In this document: piece after piece, positions 8,868-16,130 of the stretch
Position numbering within the stretch: the stretch's first letter is position 1
How the letters are laid out: each line of letters opens with the position of its first letter
Source of the DNA: Vicinamibacteria bacterium
GTDB taxonomy: Bacteria > Acidobacteriota > Vicinamibacteria > Fen-336
DNA: 64,000 bases
NCBI GenBank assembly: GCA_035570235.1
Contig: DATMML010000051.1
Location: forward strand, 892 to 64,891
Direction of reading: 5' to 3'
Program-made: the position numbers and the translations under genes
The notes under the pieces: model-generated
What the model was told of the DNA's origin: nothing
Databases searched by the model: none
The model's input: the letters and a program-made list of their open reading frames with translations, nothing else

Positions 8868-10262
8868 TCAGGCAGGAGAGCGGCTCCGGAAGGTTCCCCT
8901 CGGGTCGAAGGCCCGGTCCGGCTGCCAGACGGCGGGGGTCAGTCGCTTCCGGTGGTCGTCTTCGGGCTTCGGCCAAAGCGTGCAGGTCACCACCCGGTGG
9001 TGCTGATCCTCTTGCTCGCAGAACGGGCAGAACACGCACGCCCGCGAGTTGAGGTCGGCGCCGGCCAGCCACTTCCGAGGCAAGTCGGGGTCGGCTAGCA
9101 GGGCCCGCGCCATGCCCACGATGTCCGCCTTTTCTTCGCGCAGGATGGACTCCGCCTGCTCGAAGGTGTGGATCTTGCCGGCGGTGACTACGGGGATCGA
9201 AAAGCCCGCCCCCCGCAGTGCCCCCCGGATTCCCGCGGCCAGGTAGGCGTTGACTCCGACCGGGTCCTTCTTGTCCCGGGGGATGCACTTGTGCCCGCTG
9301 TGGCCGGTGTAGGGGTAGACGGCCTCCCCGATCGGGGGCTGCCGGGCGTCGTCGAACTTCCCGCCCCGGGAGATGGAGAGGAAATCGAGGCCGGCCCGGG
9401 CCAGCTCGACCCCAATCCGCTCTGCCTCCTCGAGGTCGTTGCCCGCAATCTTGCCGTCATCGCCCAGGATGTCCTCGGAGCCGAGGTACCGGCAGCCCAG
9501 GAGGAAGTCCTCGCCCACCGCCCCCCTCACCTCCTCGATCACCTCGCGGGCCAGCCGCATCCGGTTCTCGAAGCTGCCCCCATAGCGGTCGGTGCGGGGG
9601 TTGGTCACGGACAGGAAGGAGGCGATGGTATAGGCGTGCGCGAAATGGAGCTCTACGCCGTCGAAGCCGCAGGCCCGGGCGCGCCGGGCCGCCGCCGCGA
9701 ACCATCCCGGGATCCGCTGAATCTCCGCGAGGTCAAGGTCCGCCACCGTCTGCCGGTAGCCAAAGAGGAAGTCACGGCGCTGACGCGGGTGGGGCAGATA
9801 GGTCTCGAGGTTGGCCTCGAACTCCTGGTCGCTTACATCCAGTACCGACGGGAGGAGCCGCCCCCGCGTCACCATGCCTTCCATGAAGACGCGGGTGGTC
9901 TTGCGGGCGGCGACCTTCAGGAAGTCGATGATCTGGGGAATGATCAAGGAGCGGCAGGCCAAGCGCATCTCCGCGACCAGGGCCTTGAGCCCGGGTACGA
10001 AGCGGTCGTGGCTGAGGCGGAGGAGGGGACCGCTGGCCACGTCCCGGATGCCAATGGCCTCGAGCACGATCATGCCCGGGGCCCCAAGGGCATAGCGAAG
10101 ATAAATCTCGCGCACCGCGTCCGTCACCACCCCATCCTCGGTGGCCCGCCAGGTGACCATGGCGGGAAGCCAGATCCGGTTGGGCAGGACCCGGCCCCCT
10201 TTTCCGATGGGCAGAGGCCTGAAGAGGCGGGCGCGGGCGCGCTCGGGGTCGACCGCGTTCAG
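8868..10262 (-). CDS. Old Yellow Enzyme-family NADH:flavin oxidoreductase with a C-terminal 4-Cys cluster motif (start codon unresolved)
   Basis: LFRPLPIG...NRIWLPAMV, GFDGVELHFAHAYTIASFLS, TDRYGGSFENRMRL, MARALLADPDLPRKW, then CVFCPFCEQEDQHHRVVTC. 10262 is an in-frame CTG. The alternatives are GTG 10391 and ATG 10160. Confidence 0.8.
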   Translation of the reverse strand: MNAVDPERARARLFRPLPIGKGGRVLPNRIWLPAMVTWRATEDGVVTDAVREIYLRYALGAPGMIVLEAIGIRDVASGPLLRLSHDRFVPGLKALVAEMRLACRSLIIPQIIDFLKVAARKTTRVFMEGMVTRGRLLPSVLDVSDQEFEANLETYLPHPRQRRDFLFGYRQTVADLDLAEIQRIPGWFAAAARRARACGFDGVELHFAHAYTIASFLSVTNPRTDRYGGSFENRMRLAREVIEEVRGAVGEDFLLGCRYLGSEDILGDDGKIAGNDLEEAERIGVELARAGLDFLSISRGGKFDDARQPPIGEAVYPYTGHSGHKCIPRDKKDPVGVNAYLAAGIRGALRGAGFSIPVVTAGKIHTFEQAESILREEKADIVGMARALLADPDLPRKWLAGADLNSRACVFCPFCEQEDQHHRVVTCTLWPKPEDDHRKRLTPAVWQPDRAFDPRGTFRSRSPA

Positions 10263-10284
10263 CGGGAGATCGGGCGTGAGCGCG

Positions 10285-10737
10285 TCAGTCTGCGTCCTCG
10301 TCGTCCTCCTCCTCTCCCATCTCGCTCTCGAGGCCGCTGTCCATGAGGCGACGCCGAAGGGCGTCGAAGCCGCGGCGGTCGGGAGGAGCACCCTCCCGGT
10401 AGGACTCCAGGAGTTCCTCCAGACGGGACACCCGGCGCGTGAGCTGCCCGATGGTGTCGAGATCGATGCGGGCCTCTCCGGCCTGGGCCCGCTTGAAGGC
10501 CCCGGCATCCCCGAATGCCCCCAGGAGCTCGAGCAGGCGGGTGCTCAGGCTGTCCGCGGCCTCGGCCAGCTCGCCTTGGAGGAGGGAGTCCTGGACGAGG
10601 CCGAGGGCATCCTCGATGTCCTCGTCCCGCCAGTCCACTCTCAAGCCTGCCCAGGTCTCCGGGGAGAGGACTAGGCCCTCGGGGCCCTCGTCCGCCGCTG
10701 CCGCCACCTCCCCGCACAAGTCAACGATTCGTCCCAT
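10285..10737 (-). CDS. Hypothetical strongly acidic protein
   Basis: 150 aa with good third-position G+C and no rare codons. Ends ...MGEEEDDEDAD. I recognise no family. Confidence 0.6.
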   Translation of the reverse strand: MGRIVDLCGEVAAAADEGPEGLVLSPETWAGLRVDWRDEDIEDALGLVQDSLLQGELAEAADSLSTRLLELLGAFGDAGAFKRAQAGEARIDLDTIGQLTRRVSRLEELLESYREGAPPDRRGFDALRRRLMDSGLESEMGEEEDDEDAD

Positions 10738-10758
10738 GGTCGGCCCCCTGCCGCCGCG

Positions 10759-11886
10759 CTAGCGGCTCTCCTTCAGGATGGATTCCGCGATCACGAGCTT
10801 CTGGATCTCGCTCGTCCCCTCATAGATCCGCAGGGAGCGCACCTCACGGTAGAGGCGCTCCACCGTGGACCCCCGCAGCACGCCCTGGCCGCCGTGGATC
10901 TGAACCGCACGGTCCACCACCCGCTGGGCCATCTCCGTGGCCGCCAGCTTGGCTACGGCTCCCTCGCGCACGATCCGTTCCGCCCCCCGGTCCTTGGTCC
11001 AGGCCGCGTGCCGCACGAGCAGCCGGGCCGCGGTGAGTTCCACGTGCATATCGGCGAGGGCCATCTGCGTCGCCTGGAAGTAGGACAGGGGGTGCCCGAA
11101 CTGGCGCCGCCCGAGCGCCCACCGCACCGCTTCATCCAAGGCGCGTGCGGCTAAACCGCAGGCGGCCGCCCCTACGGTGGGCCGAAGGGTGTCGAGGGTG
11201 GCCAGGGCCAGGGTGTAGCCCTTGCCCTCGGTGCCCAGGAGCACGGCGGGGGTGGCGTCGAAGCGGACCTCGCCGAGGGGATGGGAGGCCATGGTCTCGA
11301 GGGGTTTCACGGTCAGGCGGGGGGCCTCCGCGTCGACCAGAAACATGGAGAGACCGCGGTAGCCAGGGGACTCCGAACTGCGGGCGAGCACCGTGTAGAG
11401 GCCCGCGATCCCGGCGTTTGAGATGAGGGTCTTGATCCCGCTCAATCGCCAGAGCGCACCATCGCGCTCCGCCCGTGTCCGAACGGCGGCCAAATCGGAG
11501 CCAGCCTCCGGCTCGCTGACCGCGAACGCACAGAGGACCTCTCCTGCGGAGACGGCGGGGAGCCAGCGGTTTTTCTGAACATCCGTGCCGGCAAGGCTCA
11601 GGGGGTGGGAGCCGAGTCCTTGCATGGCGAAGGCGGTGTCGGCCAGGGAGGAGAAATAGGCGAGGCCCTCGCGCACCGTTACCAGCGAGCGCAGGTCCAT
11701 GGTCCCGAACGGCGCGGGCACCGCTGCTTCCAGGATCTTCGCGCGGGCAAGCGCAGCCACGATTTCCCGCGTGCGACCAGCGGGATCAGACTCATCGGCG
11801 GCTCCCCCCCGCAGGCGCTTGTCCCCGAAGGTGCGGACCTTGTCCGCCAGCTGCCGGTGGCGGTCGTCCAGGAAGGGCTCCTCCAT
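10759..11886 (-). CDS. Acyl-CoA dehydrogenase
   Basis: 375 aa. CAFAVSEPEAGSD, ...GIKTLISNAG..., C-terminal RIYEGTSEIQKLVIA are typical ACAD motifs. Confidence 0.9.
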   Translation of the reverse strand: MEEPFLDDRHRQLADKVRTFGDKRLRGGAADESDPAGRTREIVAALARAKILEAAVPAPFGTMDLRSLVTVREGLAYFSSLADTAFAMQGLGSHPLSLAGTDVQKNRWLPAVSAGEVLCAFAVSEPEAGSDLAAVRTRAERDGALWRLSGIKTLISNAGIAGLYTVLARSSESPGYRGLSMFLVDAEAPRLTVKPLETMASHPLGEVRFDATPAVLLGTEGKGYTLALATLDTLRPTVGAAACGLAARALDEAVRWALGRRQFGHPLSYFQATQMALADMHVELTAARLLVRHAAWTKDRGAERIVREGAVAKLAATEMAQRVVDRAVQIHGGQGVLRGSTVERLYREVRSLRIYEGTSEIQKLVIAESILKESR

Positions 11887-11962
11887 CGTCAGCGGGCCTC
11901 CCCCCGCCCCCGTGCCCGGCCCGTTTTCCCCCCGCTCCCAGCGGGGAACATTTCGGGATGGA

Positions 11963-12763
11963 TCATTCCGGGGCGCCCTCGAACCGCGGCTTGCGCTTCT
12001 CCATGAAAGCAGCGAAGCCCTCGTGGAAGTCGGGGGCCCGCATGAGCTCGGCCTGGACGCGGGCCTCTCGGTCCAACGCGGACTCCAGGTCCAAGTGCAG
12101 CTCCTCGTTTAGGGACTGCTTGGTGGCGGCGAGACCGGCGGCGGGGCCCCGGCGGAGGCGGTCCACGAGAGCGGAGGTCTCCCCGGCCAGGTGTTCCGGC
12201 GCGACCACCCGGTTGTAGAGGCCGATGCGCAGGGCCTCGGAGGCGTCGATGAAGTCTCCCGTCATCAACAGCTCGGTGGCCCGACCCAGGCCCACCACCC
12301 GAGGGAGCAGGTGAGCGGCCCCCATGTCCGCTCCCGCGAGGCCAACCCGCACGAACAGAAAGGCGATGCGGGCGGTGTCGGCGGCCACGCGCAGGTCCGC
12401 GGCCAGGGCAATGGCCGCGCCGGCCCCGGCCACCGTTCCGTTCAGGGAGGCCACGATGGGCCGGGGGAGGGCGCGCATGGCCCGGATCAGGTCGCAGGTG
12501 AGTTGGGTGAACTCCAGCAGGCCCTTGGCGTCCCGGTGCAGGAGGTCGCCGATGATCTCCTTGACATCCCCGCCCGTGCAAAAGGCCCGCCCGGTCCCGG
12601 TCAGGACCACGACCCGAACGTCCTTGCGGTCGGCCAAGGCGCGAAAGGTGTCGGTCAGCTCCCGGTAGACTTGAAAGGTGAGCGAGTTCAAGGTCTCGGG
12701 TCGGTTGAGGGTGAGCGTGGCCACTCCGCCCGACTCCCCGTAAAGGAAGCTCCGGGTCTTCAT
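11963..12763 (-). CDS. Enoyl-CoA hydratase/isomerase (crotonase) family protein
   Basis: VVVLTGTGRAFCTGGDVKE and NGTVAGAGAAIALAADLRVA oxyanion-hole motifs. Confidence 0.9.
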   Translation of the reverse strand: MKTRSFLYGESGGVATLTLNRPETLNSLTFQVYRELTDTFRALADRKDVRVVVLTGTGRAFCTGGDVKEIIGDLLHRDAKGLLEFTQLTCDLIRAMRALPRPIVASLNGTVAGAGAAIALAADLRVAADTARIAFLFVRVGLAGADMGAAHLLPRVVGLGRATELLMTGDFIDASEALRIGLYNRVVAPEHLAGETSALVDRLRRGPAAGLAATKQSLNEELHLDLESALDREARVQAELMRAPDFHEGFAAFMEKRKPRFEGAPE

Positions 12764-13206
12764 GCCTGACCGTCCAGGGCGTGGATCAGGCAGCGAAGGG
12801 CTTCGCGCAGACGGGTAAGGTCGGGGGCGGAGACGGGGGCGAGGACGAGCTCCAGATCCCGTCGGTGACGAGGGATGGCCTGCTCCATCACTCGGTGTCC
12901 GCGGGAGGTGAGGCGGACCCGGACCGCCCGCCGGTCCTCGGGTACGGGCCGTCGCTCCACCAGCCGTCGGCGGGCCAGGCGGTCCACGATGCCGGTGACG
13001 TTCCCCGCCGTGACCAGGAGTTCGCGGGTGAGCTCACCGGGGGTCATGCCCGGAGGCCGGCGGTAGAGCTGGGCCAGCACGTCGAACTGGGGCAGGGTCA
13101 GATGCTGGGGGATGGTCCGCCGGACGCGCGGCAGCATCAGACCGTGGGCTTTGAGCAAGCGCAGCCAGACGGAGACGGCCAGGCCCGGGCCGGGGGTCGT
13201 CTTCAT
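12760..13206 (-). CDS. MarR-family transcriptional regulator
   Basis: LTLPQFDVLAQLY...MTPGELTRELLVTAGNVTGIVDRLARRRLVERRPVPEDRRAVRVRLT winged-HTH. 4-nt overlaps with both neighbours. Confidence 0.85.
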   Translation of the reverse strand: MKTTPGPGLAVSVWLRLLKAHGLMLPRVRRTIPQHLTLPQFDVLAQLYRRPPGMTPGELTRELLVTAGNVTGIVDRLARRRLVERRPVPEDRRAVRVRLTSRGHRVMEQAIPRHRRDLELVLAPVSAPDLTRLREALRCLIHALDGQA

Positions 13207-13598
13207 ATGAGGGCCACCGCCTCGATCTCCACCCGGGCGTCGTCCTCCAAAAGCGACTTCACCTCCACCAGCGTCATGGCCGGGAAGTGCTTGCCCATCC
13301 GATGTCGGTAGGCCTCGCCGATCGCCTTTGCACGGTCCCGGTACTCCTGCTTGTTCGTAACGTAGAGGACGAGCCGGGCCACCGACTCCGGCCGTCCCCC
13401 CGCGGCCCAGACCACGTCCAGTACGTTGTCGAGGGCCTGCGCGAACTGGGCGACGAGGTCGTCGGAGACCAGGTGTCCTCCGCGGTTCCAGCCGATCTGC
13501 CCGGCCACGAACAATAGTTCGCCCGTGCCTTTCATCCCGTTGCTATAGCCGCGGGGCGGGGCCAGGGACTCGGGATTGATGGGGGAGAGAAGGGGCAT
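13203..13598 (-). CDS. RidA/YjgF-family reactive-intermediate deaminase
   Basis: From ATG 13598: MPLLSPINPESLAPPRGYSNGMK...LFVAGQIG...VEIEAVA. ATGA overlap with the SDR stop. The 207-aa ORF in the track is an upstream over-extension. Confidence 0.85.
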   Translation of the reverse strand: MPLLSPINPESLAPPRGYSNGMKGTGELLFVAGQIGWNRGGHLVSDDLVAQFAQALDNVLDVVWAAGGRPESVARLVLYVTNKQEYRDRAKAIGEAYRHRMGKHFPAMTLVEVKSLLEDDARVEIEAVALI

Positions 13599-14371
13599 CA
13601 GACCACCGTGCCGCCATCCACGTTGAGGCCCTGGCCGGTAATGCCCCGCGCCTCCTCCCCGCACAGGAAGAGGGCGAGGGCGGCCACCTCTTCCGCGCTC
13701 ACCATCCGCTTCTGGGGGCTCATCTCCTCTAGCTTCTTCCGCACCTCGCCATTGGACAGGCCCGTCTTCCCCGCGATGCGCGTTATCCCCTGCTCGGTCA
13801 TGGAGGTGTCCACATAGCCGGGGCAAATGGCATTGACCGTCACCCCGCTTAGCGCCATCTCCAGGGCCGCCACCTTAGTGAGCCCGAGCAGACCGTGCTT
13901 GCTGGCGGTATAGGCGGCGATGTAGGGCATGGCCGACTTGCCGGCGATGGAGGCAATGTTGATGACGCGACCCCAGCCCCTGCGTGCCATCTCGGGCAGG
14001 GCCTCGCGCAGGCAGAAGAAGGGGCCGCTCAGGTTGACGGCCAGGACCGCGCCCCAGGTCTCGTCGGAGGTCTTGACCAGGGGCGCGGAGGGCGCGATGC
14101 CCGCGCCATTGACCAGGATGTCGAGGGGGCCCAGAGCCTGACGCGCGCTCTTGAACATCGCGCGCACGTCCTCCGCTTGGCCCACGTCGGCCGCGATGGC
14201 GTGCGCTCGTGCCCCGAGGCGGAGGGCCTCCTCCGCCACCGCTTCGACCTCCGCCCGCGTGCGGGCCGCCACCGCCACCTCTACCCCCGCGCGGGCCAGA
14301 GCCAGGGCGGTGGCCCGGCCGATACCCCGCCCCCCGCCCGTCACCAGCGCCCGCCTGCCGACCAAGCCCAT
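13598..14371 (-). CDS. Short-chain dehydrogenase/reductase (3-oxoacyl/3-hydroxyacyl type)
   Basis: ALVTGGGRGIG, NGAG, YIAAYTASKHG (YxxxK), PGYVDT. Start taken at ATG 14371 (MGLVGRRALVTGG). Confidence 0.9.
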   Translation of the reverse strand: MGLVGRRALVTGGGRGIGRATALALARAGVEVAVAARTRAEVEAVAEEALRLGARAHAIAADVGQAEDVRAMFKSARQALGPLDILVNGAGIAPSAPLVKTSDETWGAVLAVNLSGPFFCLREALPEMARRGWGRVINIASIAGKSAMPYIAAYTASKHGLLGLTKVAALEMALSGVTVNAICPGYVDTSMTEQGITRIAGKTGLSNGEVRKKLEEMSPQKRMVSAEEVAALALFLCGEEARGITGQGLNVDGGTVV

Positions 14372-14412
14372 GATGCTTGAAATGTAAAGTAAAGTTGGGG
14401 CCCAAGTCAAGG

Positions 14413-14433
14413 CGCGGGCGTATAATGCCCGCG
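14413..14433. promoter_or_regulatory. Perfect 7-bp inverted repeat flanking a TATAAT box (CGCGGGC-gTATAAT-GCCCGCG) in the SDR/peroxiredoxin divergent region
   Basis: Read directly at 14413-14433. It lies 13 nt upstream of the peroxiredoxin ATG and abuts the GGGAGGA RBS. I found no convincing -35 at 16-18 nt spacing. Confidence 0.4.
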
Positions 14434-14445
14434 GGAGGACTGGCC

Positions 14446-14883
14446 ATGCTGGAGATAGGGGCGGTGGCCCCGGACTTCGAGGTGGAGGATCACACGGGGA
14501 AGAGGGTTCGCCTCTCCCAGTATCGGGGGCGCCCGGTCGTGCTCTGGTTCTACCCCAAGGCCGACACCCCCGGTTGAACCGCCGAGGGTTGCGGGTTCCG
14601 CGACCGAATCAAGCAGTACGAGGAGCGCGGCGTCCAGATTCTGGGCATCAGCTTTGACACCGTTCCCGACAACGCCGCCTTCGCCAAGAAGTTCGAGTTC
14701 AACTTCCCCCTTCTCTGCGACACCACCCGCTCGGTGGGCCTCGCCTATGGGGCCTGCGACGACGCGACCGCCCCCACCGCCCGCCGGATCAGCTACCTGA
14801 TCGGGCCGGATGGCCGGGTGAAGAAGGCTTACCCGAAGGTGAACGCCGCTGCCCATCCCGAGGAGATCCTGAAGGATCTCTGA
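14446..14883 (+). CDS. bcp: BCP/PrxQ-type peroxiredoxin with in-frame TGA (predicted selenocysteine) at the peroxidatic position, codon 44
   Basis: RBS GGGAGGA then ATG 14446. Sequence is MLEIGAVAPDFEVEDHTGKRVRLSQYRGRPVVLWFYPKADTPG-TGA(14575-14577)-TAEGCGFRDRIKQYEERGVQILGISFDTVPDNAAFAKKFEFNFPLLCD...ISYLIGPDGRVKKAYPKV. The canonical motif is FYPKDxTPGCTxExCxFRD. The frame stays open to TGA 14881-14883. Confidence 0.85.
14587..14605 (+). ncRNA. Candidate bacterial SECIS hairpin downstream of the recoded UGA
   Basis: GGUUGCG-GGUUC-CGCGACC forms a 7-bp stem (one G-U) with a 5-nt loop containing GU, starting 9 nt after the UGA. An alternative fold at 14576-14598 (GAACC.GC / GC.GGGUUC) includes the UGA in the stem. 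Confidence 0.4.
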
Positions 14884-15065
14884 GGGGCGTCCTCCGGGAG
14901 GGACGGTGGCGTCGCGCGCTGTCCAACGATAGGAACGGCCGCCGCCCTTCCGCTGCCCGCAAGCCCAACCCTAGCGCGAGTTCGTCGTTCGTGCTCCCTG
15001 GCAGGAAGCTTGCTTTACCCTGGATGCGGGCCTGCCGGGGGCGGGGCACGTTAGGAGACCTGAGC

Positions 15066-15863
15066 GTGACATTTTTTTGCAGTTCCGCGGTCATGAGGCG
15101 GGGGGGACTCGTGGCGCTGGCCCTGATCGCCTCCGTGCTGCGCACGACTCCCGCCTTCTCCGAAGAGGAGGCCCTGCGGAGGCGCGTGGAAGCCCGACTC
15201 GCCAAAGCCGGACTCGAAACAAACGCCGACATACAGGTGGAAGTGAAGGACGGCTCCGTCATCTTGACGGGCGCCGCCCCCACTGTCGATGCCTTGCGAG
15301 CCGCGGAGAGAGCGGCCCGCAAGGAGGCCAGGGTAGTGGACAACCGGCTCGCGGTCATGCCCGCCGAGCCCCGCTCCGACAGCGAGATCCACAAGGCGGT
15401 GAGGGACGCGATCCTCCTTTATCCGAACCTTACGGTTTTCGACAGCGTGGAACTGGGCGTGGAGAAAGGCGTCGTGGTGTTGCAGGGCTCCGTGAGGGAG
15501 CCCTACCGCGGAAGCGACATAGAGAACCGAGTGGCAAAGGTTCCCGGCGTGCGCGAGATCAAGAACGAAATCGCCGTCCAACCGGTGTCGTTCTTTGACG
15601 CAAGGCTGCGGGCCGGCCTCTTCCGTTCCATCTATGGGGACGAGATGTTCCTCCGCTACGCCCAACAGGCCAATCCCCCGATCCACATCATCGTGGACCG
15701 GGGCCATGTCACGTTGACCGGCTACGTGGGCAGCGCGGTCGAGCAGGCGGTGCTGGGATCGATCGCTCGCCAGAGCTTGGCCTTCAGCGTCGACAATCAA
15801 GTCAAGATCGACGGCGAAGCGGCCGGGGAAGCCAGCGGCAGGACCGCCCCCAGCGGGAGCTGA
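15066..15863 (+). CDS. Periplasmic BON-domain protein (OsmY-like, three BON repeats)
   Basis: Repeats of the type VEVKDGSVILTGAAPT, VEKGVVVLQGSV...KVPGVREIKNEI, VDRGHVTLTGYVGS. GTG 15066 is preceded by AGGAG at 15053, whereas ATG 15093 has no RBS. Confidence 0.8.
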   Translation: MTFFCSSAVMRRGGLVALALIASVLRTTPAFSEEEALRRRVEARLAKAGLETNADIQVEVKDGSVILTGAAPTVDALRAAERAARKEARVVDNRLAVMPAEPRSDSEIHKAVRDAILLYPNLTVFDSVELGVEKGVVVLQGSVREPYRGSDIENRVAKVPGVREIKNEIAVQPVSFFDARLRAGLFRSIYGDEMFLRYAQQANPPIHIIVDRGHVTLTGYVGSAVEQAVLGSIARQSLAFSVDNQVKIDGEAAGEASGRTAPSGS

Positions 15864-15898
15864 GTCCCTCTCTCGCTCCTGACCCGGCTAGGGTCCCG

Positions 15899-15934
15899 GG
15901 ACCTCGGCCCCGGGGGCCGGGTCCTTTGTCTTTT
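15899..15934 (+). terminator. Rho-independent terminator after the BON gene
   Basis: GGACC...GGTCC outer stem with an inner CGGCC/GGCCG stem, followed by TTTGTCTTTT. Confidence 0.6.
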
Positions 15935-16018
15935 GACCCCGGATCCCCTATCCTTGGCCAGCCTTTCCTGACCGGCGATCCAATCGGAAGCGCATCCTCG
16001 CGGGGGGGCCGTCGCGGG

Positions 16019-16046
16019 TTGACGGACGCCAGCGGGCGGGCTTAGG
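16019..16046 (+). promoter_or_regulatory. Putative sigma-70 promoter for the amino-acid permease (GGGTTGACG-16-CTTAGG)
   Basis: TTGACG at 16019-16024, 16-nt spacer, CTTAGG at 16041-16046. The architecture closely parallels the hppA promoter. Confidence 0.4.
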
Positions 16047-16130
16047 CTCTAGCCTCTTGTCGGCCGCGCTGGTCACCGAGCCCTGGGACTCAGCGTCGGG
16101 TCGTTTGCGGGAACTACGGAGGCTTGACTC

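Noticed and set aside
14377-14577. Treating the 66-aa ORF as a truncated peroxiredoxin pseudogene, or the TGA as evidence of a reassigned genetic code.
   Set aside because: The frame downstream of the TGA stays open for 101 more codons with fully conserved BCP motifs. TGA terminates many neighbouring genes (hppA, lutC, the peroxiredoxin itself), so a code-wide reassignment is excluded. I cannot exclude a sequencing error at this one codon without reads.
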